Assembly: GCF_006345805.1 (NCBI RefSeq)
Contig: NC_042997.1
Coordinates: 73,408,001-73,472,000, forward strand
From: Octopus sinensis
Taxonomy: Eukaryota
Length of the DNA: 64,000 nt
Reading direction: 5' to 3'
Shown: piece after piece, positions 41,076 through 54,896 of the stretch
Layout of the letters: each line of letters begins with the position of its first letter
Position numbering within the stretch: position 1 is the first letter of the stretch
The notes under the pieces: generated by a model
Told to the model about the DNA's origin: nothing
Seen by the model: only the letters and a program-made list of their open reading frames with translations
Database searches by the model: none
Made by a program: the position numbers and the translations under genes

Positions 41076-41266
41076 CTCTTTCTCCTCTCTCTTCTCTCTC
41101 ATTCGCTCTCTTTCTCCTCTCTCTTCGCTCTCACTCGCTCTCTTTCTCCTCTCTCTTCTCTCTCTCTCGCTCTCTTTCTCCTCTCTCTTCTCTCTCTCTC
41201 GCTCTCTTTCTCCTCTCTCTTCTCTCTCCCTCCCTCCTTTGTCTCCTTTCTCTCTCTCTCTCTCTT
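40768..41266. repeat. (CT)n and CT-rich short tandem repeat
   Basis: Repeating CGCTCTCTTTCTCCTCTCTCTTCTCTCT units. Confidence 0.9.
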
Positions 41267-41859
41267 GGAATCGGCAACGATGATCATGAACGGACCGTTC
41301 ACATCTCGATTTTACTACTCTTTTCATCCTTTCTGTGGAAGCACTAAGAAAATAAAAAATAGAAAATCTACTAAAGTATAATGGAAATTTAATAGAAATA
41401 GATTCAAAACATGAACAAAGCAAAAATTATTTACTGACAATGAAAAAAATAACAAATATATACTAGAAGTTGAAGTAACAGACAATTTTCAAATAATAGA
41501 GAAAGAACTATAGAACCTATCGCAAAACAAAATGCTAAATAAAAAGATTTTAGTGTATGAAACGATGGGAAACAAAGTTCTACGTGGGTTCTCCTCAGCA
41601 AGTAAGGGATAGCTAATGAAAAATAGTAGCAAAAGCTGAAGATCCAAAGACTCAAAGTGACGATCAAAAAATATTTAATTTGAACGTAGCATCAAAGGCT
41701 TTTAAGTATCTGCAGAATATACAGAGGCAAAAAAGAAACAACCAATCACACTGTTTTCTGAACGGTCAGTCTTTTCTAAGATAGAATACGCATATAGGCC
41801 TTATAAAAATTTTCATACATTGAAAATTATGCCATTATTTTGAACCTTAAACAGAAAAG

Positions 41860-42760
41860 AGAAACATGAGCCAGAAACACTCTTAGAGCGTTTATACATT
41901 ATGATTGTAGAATTTATTTCGAACCGGCAATGCCCCACGGTAGCACCACCAGGCTAAAGATTTCTGAAAATTAATCACGTGTCTCGACACGAAAGCCCTG
42001 CAGAACAGACCAGCGAGTTTATTTTCATCGACACAGAGTTTCCCCAAGAATATTGTCGCTTTGACCTCCTCTAACCCTCTATACAACGTAAGGGTGGAAC
42101 TTCTACCAATCGTACTACTCGAGTTGCAGAGGGCGGTGAGCACTTGACGACATTCCGGATACCAAGGGCCCTGCTTCGTTTACGTTTGCTCCAGGACTAT
42201 ATAACTTTGTCAAAGAGACGAAGTGTGGAAATACGAATATGACCACATGTATTCAGCGTTAAAGAATTCGCTTGCCATGACTGGGATCATGCCACGTTCC
42301 TTACCTACCCTCTCTGTGACGTATCACATGAGATGGATGTTGTCGTTGATAAACATGTTTGAGATGTGCATGTTTGTGCACCACTAATCGGATTATGAGC
42401 AAGCGTCAACCTCTTTACTAATATTTTAGTTAAAATTTTGAAATCTGTATTTAGCAGGGTTATCGGCCGAAAATTATCTATGTGGTCACTCTTTGGGAAG
42501 TCCTTCCTGAACAGTGCCACTGCTCCTCGACTCACAGAGCTAGGCATTATTCAGTTCTGTTGTCAAATGAAGTAAACGTTATCTTGGAGGCCTCCAAACA
42601 ATTCCGTTTGTGTAAAGATAATGCTTGTAGGACAGACTATCCAAACTTAAGTATTTTTCCCGCAGTCACAATTTTTCAAATTTGCTGGAAGAGAGCACTT
42701 CCCTCTCTACCATAACTTTCTTTACAAGTCAGACTTTATAAATGTCGATGAACGATGAGG
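41860..42760 (-). pseudogene. Tx1/L1-clade LINE fragment (endonuclease end and RT start), degraded
   Basis: SRGAVALFRKD...DHIDNFRPITLLNTDFKILTKILVKRL. Confidence 0.75.
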
Positions 42761-42959
42761 AAGTTGTCTTTCCTTTATCCTTTTAGCGTCATCCACCATA
42801 CAACCACTAGACAAAGGTACACATCATGATCTGTCTTTTGTGAAGTGGGTGTTTAAATTGTTTTCACGATGGACTCGATTGCCAGTCGGATTTGTCCAAG
42901 AGGCGACGTCTTACAGAAGTTAGTCATGATAGTTCCAAATCCGAATATTCTCCTATACT

Positions 42960-44130
42960 GACCGGCAACTTCGTAAACATTTCTCTTTGTAATATTGTAA
43001 AGGAATGGCTGGTTGAGAAATGAGCAAATTAGATAAGGAAAGATTCAAATAAGGAGATGCAAAGAATTATCGACTAATTACCCGCCTCGATCCTCTTATG
43101 GAAGTTATAAACAGGTAAATTACTACTTATCGAACCTGGGGGACACAGGAAAGACTGAAAAGCTCCAATGACCATTTGGTCAATGACAAAACGCTTACGA
43201 AGGCAAGCGATGCAGATTAATGTGTGCATAGTATGGGACAACTTCAAAAAAGTTCTACAGCATGATAAAGGATTCCTGGATTATGTTTGGTATAGCAAAA
43301 AATCGTCAACGATCCCAGTACTAGTATTATGTACTAGAAAACGAACTTGAAAGTGAACATGAAATCACTGTGAGGTATAGCGCTTAAAAGTGATATCTTC
43401 CAGAGTGACTATTTCTACTTTTTGTTATTTGTTATAGCAAAAGCTCGTATCTCAATGGGACCTAGAAATGTCAGCATGAACTACAAACATGAGATAAACC
43501 CACTTTCATTAAATCATCTATTCTTCATGGATGACTTAAAGATAGTTACAAAGTCACAAATAGAAATCACCTTACTTGTTAAAACTGTAAAGCTCTGTTC
43601 GCAGTGGAATTAAATTGGAATTTAGAGTATCAAACTCAAGAAATTTACCCGTGATGAGAGAACGTTTTATTGGAATAATCTTATTCCAATAACGGATATT
43701 CCAAGAACGGATATTAGAACCACAGGACAATGAATGCAGGTATCTGGCATAGCGGAACTCGTTGATTTTATGCTTAAAGAAACAAAGTCCAAACTTAATC
43801 CAAAGAATTTAATAAATACAATCAAAACATGGGGTGGCTGCCGTAATGTAATGCTGTATAACACGGATGCTGTTGTAGATACATTAGAAAGGAAAACGAA
43901 AATCTAAATGTGAATGGAATACTTCGCCGAAGAGCAAATGTCAGTTAATACACGAAGCAGAAGATTAGATTGGAAAGGAAGTTATTGGCATTCTTTTGTA
44001 GATAGAGAACAAAGGCCAATAAACCATGCAGATAGTGATTAGAGAATTACTTAAGCATGCAGCAACAGAACAAGGACTTGTGTTGAAACTGAAGATGGAA
44101 GTGCATTCGAGAGTCTTTTCCTTGCAGAGA
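42960..44130 (+). pseudogene. Degraded R4/Dong-like RT
   Basis: GDAKNYRLIT.LDPLMEVI, GDIFQSDYF..LFVIA, LNHLFFMDDLKI and INTWGGCRN (cf. INTWAV). Confidence 0.65.
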
Positions 44131-44619
44131 AGTGCATGGTTTCTTTTTCGTTTTTTTTTTTCCCTCTGGCACCGTAGTGGTTATGGCTGTTCTTAAAATA
44201 GTTACTCATGTTTTCTTAATGTTGTAATGGTAGTGGAGTGCTAGGTAGTATAGTTATAGCTGTACTGGTGATGTTTGTGTTGGTGAGTGATTGAATTACA
44301 ACTTTTCTGCTTTTCAGCACCCAGCATCGGGATGCATTTACATGTTACTTTTGTTTTCTGTATTCCCCGACAATGTCTCATACAATTGTGACTTCTGTAC
44401 TTCGTTGTATCAGGAATACTCAAGATCTAAGCAGCTTGAGTCAAACGAAACAGTGTAACGAAAGAGTTTTCTGTATTGAATAATTTACCATGAGAAGACC
44501 TCTCGTATGATCTTGTGGTGCATAAAAGCACTTGTATTTATATCCCTGGCAGGCGAGAACCGTCCGCCAAAGCCACTGGAACTGCTAGATCACGTGATTT
44601 CAGAGTTCTTGGCATTGTC

Positions 44620-44669
<50 letters not shown>

Positions 44670-44670
<1 letters not shown>

Positions 44671-45090
44671 CATAATATCTCAGCGAAAGAGTTTGACAAG
44701 CTCAGAAAATATAAAGACCTACTCATTGAAATTGAGAAAATGTGGCATCTCAAGGCGGTTACAATACCAGTGATCGTAGGAGTACTAGGAATGATCAAGA
44801 AGGGAACCGAAAATTATATGAGAATGATCCCTGGCTTACCATCCCTGCAAGAAGTGCAAAAGATTGTCTTAACTGGTACATCACACGTATTGAAAAGAGC
44901 ATTGTCGATGTGAGAACTGTTGCTGCTCATGTATTTTAATTTAACTTTAAAAAATAAAAAATAAAAAAATGAACGAACTACTGAGTATGGTTTAATGGCC
45001 TACCAATGTATACTATGAGTTTCTTTGCCCTAGGAGTCGGGAAGACACTCGGCAAGAAATGGAAGCAAATTTGAAAGAAGAAAAAAAAAA
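44670..45090 (+). mobile_element. R4/Dong-like 3' fragment between (TAA)n tracts
   Basis: KLRKYKDLLIEIEKMWHLKAVTIPVIVGVLGMIKKG...QKIVLTGTSHVLKRALSM*, then a 3' UTR and a (TAA)n tail. Confidence 0.85.
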
Positions 45091-45141
45091 GTAATAATAA
45101 TAATAATAATAATAATAATGATGATGATGATGATGATGATG

Positions 45142-45207
<66 letters not shown>

Positions 45208-45214
45208 CAACAAC

Positions 45215-46832
45215 ACAGGAGCTGGACGTACCCCACAACCGGAATATTCCAACAGATAGCCGCCCATGCCCGTCATCAAATAACCAACAGAAAAAGAATG
45301 AAAGATGGTCTAGGGAAGATAATAAGGAAGTTCTTACGGCCTTCTACCATGCCATATATTTCCCCACAGATAAATCTAGCACTATACAAACCTACATAAA
45401 CTGGAGACAGAAACACCCTGAAGTAAGACCCTACATAGACAGTAACAAACTTGCCAACGTCAGAAGAAACATTATAAAAAAAATTACTGACTGAAGTAGA
45501 GATTGATCAAATCAAACAAGCAGTAACAGATATAAAAAAAAACCAAGCCGTAGTTAAAGAAGATAATACAGAGGAAATAATTATAGACCACATGATTGAA
45601 TGGCTGAAACTTAAAGAAACCAATATGGATGAACGCGATGCACTCCCTAGAATCCGCAACTCTAACCAAAGCATGAAAATAATTGGTAAAATCCGCCTTG
45701 CACTTAAGGATATAATTTCAGCTAATGATGTTAATATTACAGATCTCAACCACCTGTACTATGCATCCGCGAAAATCTCAATGATTCTATGTGGGGAAAA
45801 GATTAAAAAACGGCAACATTCCCACAAAAAGCCTTCTTGGCAAGAGCGTATCCAACATCAAATTAAACTACTTAGGTCTGACATTGAATGTTTGAAAAAC
45901 CTTAAGGTTGACAAGATTACCAGACCTACAAAAACCCAAAAATTAAAGAAAAAAAAATATAAAAACTATACTTGATATTAATGCCACCATAGAAACCATC
46001 AAGCAAAAGGTATCTGCTAAAGCTGCCCGCATAGCGAGGTAGGAAAAGCCTGTTAGATTCTTCAAGGACAACATGTTCAAAAATAACCCCAAAAGTTTTT
46101 ACAGGAAGATAGGGAAAACACCAGTTACTGTAAAGTCTAGACCATCAAGAGACGAAGTGCACGGTTTTTGGAATAAAATTTGGGCAGACGAAAAAACACA
46201 CAACGAAAAGGCCCCTTCGATTGATAGAATAGCTACCGACTTGTACTCCTTAAAGGAGCAAAAGTGGGAGGGTGTCAAGGTAGAAGATGTAAGATCTGCT
46301 CTCAGGAGGTCAAGCCAATATAAGTCTCCAGGAAAGGATAAAATCCCTAACTTCAGACAAAAACATGCCTCCTCATTGATATGACTGTCCCAATCGATAT
46401 AAATGTATATGTCGAGACCTACCAGAAACTAAGCAAATATAAAGATCTTGAAATAGAAATCAGCAAAATGTGGAACCTGAAGACTAAAACAATACCTGTT
46501 GTCATAGGTGCCCTGGGAATGATAGCAAAAGGGGCTGATTGTTACCTAGCTCAGATACCAGGAAACCCCAAAATGGCAGAAATTCAAAAGATAGTGCTCA
46601 TGGAAACTGCTCATATCCTACGCAAAATACTTTCTATGTAATCCCAAGTTTTAAAACAAACATAATTTTCGTATGGTTTTTTAGGCATTCACTAGTACAA
46701 CACTAAGTACAAAACCATATATATGTCACCATAGACATAACACCAACATGAACTTCCAACTTGTTGTCTCTTGAGGTCTCTCGGTGAGACTTGGAGCCAG
46801 CTTGTGCAAATGTAAAGCAAAATTCAAACATA

Positions 46833-46835
<3 letters not shown>
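45215..46835 (+). mobile_element. R4/Dong-like LINE with the RT domain deleted
   Basis: ORF N-terminal remnant RWSREDNKEVLTAFY, 45963-46354 matching 54897-55295, then the REL end YQKLSKYKDLEIEISKMWNLKTKTIPVVIGALG and a 3' UTR matching 57515-57710. Bounded by (TAA)n. Confidence 0.88.
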
Positions 46836-46871
<36 letters not shown>

Positions 46872-46894
46872 TAATAATAATAATAATAATAATC

Positions 46895-46989
<95 letters not shown>

Positions 46990-46990
<1 letters not shown>

Positions 46991-47545
46991 GCCCTGATGC
47001 AGTACCAGACAGTGGCTCCCATGGCTTCTGATCTTAACTGATTGTAAGTGTTATCATGTACATTATTTTGTCTTGGTATAAAAGATGGGCTACAGTAAAT
47101 ACTCTGCTCAATACTACAGATTTGCTTGTCAGTTGTTTGACCTCAACCAGTTGAGCATGTCCCTTAGTGGCTGACTATATGTGCATCTCTGATTACAAGT
47201 AGAAGTAGTAGAGGAGCATCATAGCCATGTGTGGTGAGAAATTCCTTAAGTTTGAATAATTTATCTTTGGAAACATGGGTGGTTCGTTCAACATCCTTAA
47301 ACAACTCTTATTCAGGGACCTTTTGAGTGGGATGAGCTACTCGACCAGAAGAATATTCTAACTGGGTCCCACCTGCAAGATCATGTGCTGTTTATCTTGA
47401 TATGAGATCACCATGTCGCACACATATGGATGTGATGCATGTGCCTAGTGTACCCTTATCAGACGGGTAGTCATGATTGGCATACTGGGCTTCGTATATT
47501 TTACCGCAGTGTCACTTTGATGGCATGCATTGCTCTCTCACTCAA
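46990..47545. repeat. ~550-bp unclassified repeat embedded in (TAA)n
   Basis: Collinear with 51040-51540. Both ends abut TAA repeats. No ORF. Confidence 0.8.
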
Positions 47546-47589
47546 TCATAATAATAATAATAATAATAGTAATTATAATAATAATAATG

Positions 47590-48000
47590 ATGAGAAAGAA
47601 AAAAGCCAAAGGACTACATGGTCAGTATCTCAGACAAACTCAAAACGCTTGGTAATGGGTGAATAATGGAAATCTTAAGAAAGAAGTAGAAATACTCATA
47701 TTGTCTGCTAAGATAGAACAAAATGGTACTAATATCAGTTAGAAGGTGTAATGGAGAACGACTAATAAAATATTTTATGGGATTTCAATTTACAGACTGA
47801 TCACCGAATTCATGCCAGGGGACTAGATATTATGGTTCTTAATAGGAGAAAAATGTGTGCCGTCATAAGATGTGGACTTGAATCTAGAGGCAAAACAACA
47901 GTAAAAAAGTAAAATACCAGAATTTGACTTGGGAAATACGACTGTGGAGTATTTCTACAAAAGTAATCCCAGTTGTTATAAGTGCCTTGGGCACCATGTG
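47590..48000 (+). pseudogene. Degraded R4/Dong-like REL fragment
   Basis: KYQNLTWEIRLWSISTKVIPVVISALGTM. Confidence 0.6.
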
Positions 48001-48399
48001 CATGGGTGCATGTATGTGTGTATACACATGTGTGTGTGTGCATGCGTGTGTGTGTGCATGTGCGTGTGTGTGTGTGTGTATGTGTGTGTGTGCGTGTGTG
48101 TGTGCACGCGCGTATGTACGGGTGTTTGCAAGCGCAGTGTTGCCAAATGTTTAAGAAGTCGCTTCGCAAAGTCGAGGTCCTAAATTCCATCACACTGCGT
48201 AGCATCTTGGGAAAAATATCCTTTTCTGTAAATCTCACTTTGATTCATTCATTGGGAGTTCTCGAAGGAGCCGGCGAAAAGATTCTTTCCCAATGTGCAA
48301 TGAAAATGCGCAGTGTCTGCCGCCACATGATTGTTAATGAACCACGTAATCCTATAAGCGATTATCAACCTGATTAAATCAGATAGTTGCGATATTCCC

Positions 48400-49320
48400 T
48401 ATATTACTAGGGGTGTTATTTAAAGAGTTCCACTGTCCCAATTACGGTTTTTGCAGGAAACGGAACTTGTATAGGTATAATTATACATGTCAAATTGTAA
48501 ATTACAGTTTTCCACTAGTATTCATTCGTATTTTACAGCTGTTGAAGTGGACCAAGGTGTTATAATGGGGGCAGTTGAATGCAGATCAGTGATCAGGTTT
48601 TAATACTTGAAAGGTTGTACACCAAAAGAGACTATTGATGAGATGAAGGAAGTTTATGGTAACGATGCACCATCATAGACGTAGTCAAGCACTGGCATCT
48701 CCAGATTAAATGTGGTCGAACATCGGTAGAAACTGTTCCTATTTCTGGACGACATCATTCCGCCATTGATGACGATACCATCCATAAAGTGGAAGCTGCC
48801 ATTTTAGAGGATCGCCGCATAACTATTTAGCAAGTAGCCCATGAAGTGAAGACAAGTGTAGGATCCGTGGAAAAAGTCACGACCATTTGCACAAGCGGAT
48901 GCTCACACCTTTTCAGAAGCAGGAACGAATCAATTGATTCCAGGCTTTTTTGACAATGTACCACGAAAACGAGGAGGGCTTTTTCGGCAGGCATACAACA
49001 CAGGATGAAACATGGGTCCATCACCCTGATCCTGAGACTAAAGCACAGTCGAAGCAATGGAAGCATGGTAACTCACCACCACGAAAGAAGACTCGTGTCC
49101 AACCCTGATTAGGCAAGGTGATGCTCACAGTCTTTTGGGACCAGTGATGATGGAGTTTCTGGTAAAGGGCACCATAATATGCGTCTCTGCTGCAGAAATT
49201 GCTGGACGCCATCAGAGAAGCAGAGAGGCGTGACATCCTGACAGAAGGAATCTGCCTACTTCAAGACAATGCCCCAGTTCACAATGCGCATGTTGCCCAA
49301 ATGGGAGAAGTGTGTCACTA
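48400..49320 (+). mobile_element. mariner transposon, second subfamily (disrupted)
   Basis: ECRSVIRFL...PKETIDEMKEVYGNDAPS, SGR...TIHKVEAAILEDRRIT, TQDETWVHHPDPETKAQS.QW, KVMLTVFWD and LLQDNAPVHNAH. Confidence 0.88.
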
Positions 49321-50253
49321 TTGGTGGTGGCTGTATACAGAAGGATTAATAAATATACCAAGTTTTTGTTTATCCCAGTCCTTGGGAAGTGGGTCAAGGA
49401 AAATTTTTAATGAACATCCCCTCGTAAATTAAGTCCAATTATGTATTGTTGCTGAAGGATATATAATAAAATGATGAATAAATTAATAGGTATCAGCAAA
49501 TAATTCTAATATAAATATTACACTTTATATTAGTAAATTCTAATCGAAAAGAGAAAAATTATTAATTATTAATTATTGATCAATAATTCAAACTTAATTA
49601 GTAATTAATAATTTAAAAAGCAGGCTCTGTTTATGCGTTATATATATTTTAAAAACAAGGACGCTGGACAATAAGAAAATAAGGAAAAATATGGTGAAAA
49701 CGTGAAAGTTGATGCAAAAATGGAACGCGAAAAATGAAACGAAATTAAGAAAACTATATTCATGATGCATGTATCAAACATAAAACTAAGCTTTGAAATT
49801 TTAAGATATTAGCTTTCTTACCAATAACCAAATAATGCTGTCGTTTAAACTACTCATTTATATAGCATTCTTGCATATTACCTCTTAAACGATAGTATTG
49901 TTTCTTCATATTTCATATCATGTGTCATGCTTCCACAACACCTCAGCTTGAATGTGAATCGTGAACATTGAATATAAATCACATGTAAATTCTATCAAAA
50001 TATCGAATTTAATAATAATACTCCTTCGGAAAATCAATATTTTGTCAATGCTTGACACATGTCGTTATCTGTGACACCTTATGATACTCTATATGTAGAT
50101 GAGAATAACTAATTGAAATCTTGTATATTTTTGACATTCTGTTCATCATGGTTTCGAAGCTAGTTTTGAACTTTCATAGCTCTCATGTTTATTATTTTTG
50201 CTTTCAATTAGAAAATTGATTACTTTTTTATGCGTGTGTATATGAATGTAAGT

Positions 50254-50305
<52 letters not shown>

Positions 50306-50792
50306 ATAAGAAATTACTTGATTGGGTTTTATACCTTGAACCTACTAATTGCTATCATACTTCGTTTCTAAATCTGTAGCGAATATGTATTAGATAACAA
50401 GCATTATATAAGTGGGTGTGTATGTGTGGGGGAAGGTTATGTGTGCGCGCGCGCCTTCCTTCTCTCTTGAGTCTTTTCATTTTTGTCTTTTATTAGCTAC
50501 TTTCTACCGTTCCAGAGAGAGACAAAGCCACAGTGAAAGATTAAAGAGAAACAGAGAGAGCAAGAAAGGGAATTTGACGTTGCACAAATGTATTTCTGAA
50601 GGTTTCTTTTACAGATATTACCACATTTTCTATATTCTTATCTATATTCTTGTTAATACTACTCCTTTTCATACTTCTTCCTTTCTCAAATTTTCTTAGT
50701 GACAATGAGTATAGTGTGAACTTTGATGGAGATACGGCTTCTAGTTCTTAAAAGGAGTGCTTTACAACCAACTTCCCCTCTAAGCAAACGAA

Positions 50793-51030
<238 letters not shown>

Positions 51031-51039
51031 AACAATAAT

Positions 51040-51540
51040 AGCTGATTGGGAGTGTTGTCATGTACATTGTTTTGTCTTGTTCTAAAAAATTGGTTACAGC
51101 AAATATTCTGTTCCATACCACAGATTTGCTTGTCATTTGCTTGACCTTAACCAGTTGAGCATGCCCCTTAGTAGCTGACGATATGTGCAGCTCTGATCAC
51201 GAGTAGAAGTAGTGTGGGGGGCATCATAGCCATGTTCTGAGAGGTATTCTTTGGGATTTAAATTCACCTCTGGAAACATGTGTATTTCGTTTGTCATCCT
51301 TAAACAACCTTTATTCAGGGACCTTTTGAGCGGGATGGACTACTCAACATAAAGAAAATTCTAACTGGGCCCCCACCTGCGCGTCATGCGTTGTTTATGC
51401 TGATATAAGATCACCATGTCGCGCACATGTGCTTGTGATGTATCTGACTGGTGTACTTTTATCAGATGGGTAGTCATGATGGGTATATTGGGCTTCGTAT
51501 ATTTTACCCCAGTGTCACTCTGCTGGTATGCGCACTCACC
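51040..51540. repeat. Second copy of the (TAA)n-embedded unclassified repeat
   Basis: CTGATTGGGAGTGTTGTCATGTACATTGTTTTGTC...GGGCTTCGTATATTTTACCCCAGTGTCAC matches 47037-47520. Confidence 0.8.
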
Positions 51541-51602
<62 letters not shown>

Positions 51603-51629
51603 TAATAATAATAATATAATAATAATAAT

Positions 51630-51980
51630 ATTCAAGCTTGCTTCCCAACCACATGGTCCGCGTGGCACCTTGGGCAAGTATTTTCTACTATAGCCTTGGG
51701 CCGACCAAAACCTTGTGAATGGATTTGGTAGACGGAAACTGAAAGAAGCCAGCCGTACATATATGTATATGTTTGTGTGTCTGTGTTTATCCGCCCCCAC
51801 CATCGCTTCACAACTGATGTTGGTGCGTTTACGTCCACGTATCTTAGCGGTTCGCTAAAAGAGACCGATAGGATATGTACTAGACTTACAAAGAACAAGT
51901 CCTGGGGTCTATTTGTTTGAATAAAGGCGGTGCTCCGGCATGGCCGCAATCAAATTGACTGAAACAAAAGAATAAAAGAC
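51630..51980 (+). mobile_element. tRNA-derived SINE, 5' clipped
   Basis: Body and tail match 37000-37412. Confidence 0.85.
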
Positions 51981-52014
<34 letters not shown>

Positions 52015-52076
52015 TGTATGTATGTATGTATGTATGTATGTATGGATGGATGGATGGATGTATGTATGTATGCATG

Positions 52077-52120
<44 letters not shown>

Positions 52121-52125
<5 letters not shown>

Positions 52126-53362
52126 GGTGGGGAAGCAAAATTTACAATGAATGTTAAGTTGTTTTTTCTCAGCAAGCACTATGTCAATTGTTTTGAAACC
52201 TAGCATATATTGATGTCATACTCATACCTAACACTATTATTCTTACCTTTTCAGAAACTTTTGCCCATATGAGTAATCAGGAAAGCAAAAGTCAAAGAGT
52301 GTAATTTGCTGAATGCACTCGTCACACCAAAGGAGATTTCAAAAATAGTTGGAGTGTCCATAAAGACTGTTTATAATGTAAAGAATAGAATGACTATGAG
52401 CAAAACTATTACGAGGAAGTCTGGAAGTTGAGGAATCAACAAAAAACGTACCAAAGCTCTCAAATCCAAAATCCTAAAGGATCCAACCAAATCCATGAGA
52501 AAAATGGCAATTGAACTTGAGGTAGACAACAAGACCATTAGAAATGCTGTAAAATATGATTTGAGGTTAAAATCTTACACAAGAACACCAAAACACTTGT
52601 TGACAACAGCTATGAAGGAAAAGAGATGGGAGAGGTGCAAGAAAATTATTACATGGTTCAAGAAAAAGTCCTCCTTTGTAACGATCTTTTCAGATAAAAA
52701 GATCTTCACTGTCGATACTGTTCTGAACAGCAGAAATGACACAGATTTATCGCAAATCAACAGCTGAGGTTAAGGGAATATTCAAAACAAAAGATCCTGC
52801 TCAAGTTATGGCTTTTGGTGCTGTGGCTTCCGATAGATAGAAAATGCCTATAAAATTCTACAAAGCTGATGAAAAGATCACTGTTAATACTTACTACAAG
52901 ACTCTGACTACCCAGATGGTAATTATGTATGGACACAGGAGGATGCTCCAGCCCACACAGTTAGAAAAATACAAGATTTCTGCAAATCTAACTTTAGCAA
53001 TTTTTTTTATTCATGTTTATGACTGCTTTCTAGCCCAGATCTAAACTCTCTGGATTATGCTATTTGGGGCGTTTTAGAACATGCTACCAATAGAACATCA
53101 CACAGCAATGTCGACTCTCTTAAAGATACTATTAAAGAAGAATGGGAGAAGTTGTCTCCCGAATATTTGAGGAACACCTGTGCAAGTTTAAGGAAGTGTG
53201 TGAAGGCAGTTATTGAGAAAGAAGGAGGACACATAGAATAAAAATATTTTCTATTATGTAAATTGTCTTGTGGCAAATAAATTCTCATGACTTTCAATAA
53301 ACAAATTGGTCATACACTGTCTTTCAATCCCTGACTCAAAATATTGTAAATTTTGCTTGTAT
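52121..53362 (+). mobile_element. Tc1/mariner-superfamily transposon (maT/DD37D-like or Tc1), disrupted
   Basis: Left TIR TACAGGGTGGGGAAGCAAAATTTACAATG with a partial right TIR ATTGTAAATTTTGCTT (53343-53358). Protein motifs: MRKMAIELEV..KTIRNAVKYDLRLKSY, IFSDKKIFTVD, SPDLNSLDYAIWGVLE and RKCVKAVIEKEGGHIE. Confidence 0.9.
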
Positions 53363-53640
53363 ATTTGCAGATGTCTACAATGACGGGTTTCCATTGGTTC
53401 CAGTGTTCCTCAATGGATAATGAATTTCACTTCCTGCTGGGATAGTCTTTCATGTAGTGTTATACAGAGTTTCACTACTTTCTCGAAGTCTTGGTGTTGT
53501 TTTGGTTTTGATGTTTCCTTTTGGGTCGTATCATCATTCTCATGATAGATGAAATAAATCGATGGCCTCCCAAACACATACCAGCATCTGTGGCTGCAGT
53601 TGTCTTTCGTCCATTCTAGCGGAGTGGTCAAATTGAATTA

Positions 53641-53861
53641 AGTTCTTGCAGAAACTGCCACTCTTTTTATAGTGTTATTGAGTGTGTAGTGGTGGGGAGA
53701 TATATAAGATAGTACAAGGGGGTGATGAATGGGGAGAAAGGGAAAGAGAGCATGTGTGTGTGTATGTGTGTGTGTCTGTGCGTCGCACACACACTTATAT
53801 CTCTCCCCACCACTACACACTCAATAACACTATAAAAAGTGTGGAATTTTCTGCAAGAACT
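53641..53861. mobile_element. MITE with ~68-bp TIRs and TA flanks
   Basis: AGTTCTTGCAGAAA...GTGGTGGGGAGATATATAAG and its reverse complement at 53794-53861. TA at 53639-40 and 53862-63. Confidence 0.75.
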
Positions 53862-54615
53862 TAGTTTAATTTGAAAACTCCACCAGAATGGACGAAAGCG
53901 CCAATATATGATATATGATATAAGTTATATGATGTATAAAAACATGTAATATACAAATAGATATCTGTAAATATAAAACCATCCGAATTTCTGAGTACCT
54001 CATTTCTTCTAATATATATATATATATATTTACGTAAATATTATTCAAACCACGCTTGCTGAAGCACCCCGAACGAAGGTGCACAAAAGATTATGCTGGG
54101 TTGCATGTGGAACTGCATGCACTCTGTGCAGCAGAAATACGTATCGGTCATTGTAAATGGTTATGCTGCACGACCAATTAATTGTAGAATTAAAAGGAAA
54201 AAAATTGGTGATGTACCAGCCGCCATGTTCTTTATAATTCATTATTTAAATAGCAGTAGTGTGTTTCCCTTCATGGGACGGTCACATTAAGTTGACAGTA
54301 TGCAACTTCTCTATCGTACCACTACTGCTTATATCTCTCTGAAATATTTAGAAATGCTATATTTCTATTTTTGTAATCAGTGGATTTATTTCACTAGAAT
54401 TCTTATATGTTTACAAGGCCTAGACAAGTATCTCCAGCTAGTAGGCCATGCTACTCCAGACTGATGACGAGCAAGAGTCAAAAGCTAGTTTCCGGTTGCA
54501 GACCCTAGCTGGGTGGGGTGCTTGTCTCCCCCTTGTAAACATAAGGATACAGGAAATGTGCCAAGGCCGACAGGAAGCGTTGATGCTTCATGGGACTGTC
54601 GCATTAAGTTGGCAA

Positions 54616-54646
<31 letters not shown>

Positions 54647-54896
54647 TTATATATATATATATATATATATATATTTGCCAAGCTAACATGGCAGTCCAGA
54701 AAAATAAGACGAATGTTACCGTTGCTTAACTGCAAGAGGCCATCGCGTTTAGCTAGCTATGTGACACACAAACCTGTGACCATTACAACTTTCGAAGGTG
54801 TACGCAGTACTGCCCATTACTCAGTACTGCTGCCATAGTCACCAGAGGAATTTAGAAATATTAGTAATAATAATAATAATAATAATAATAATGATA

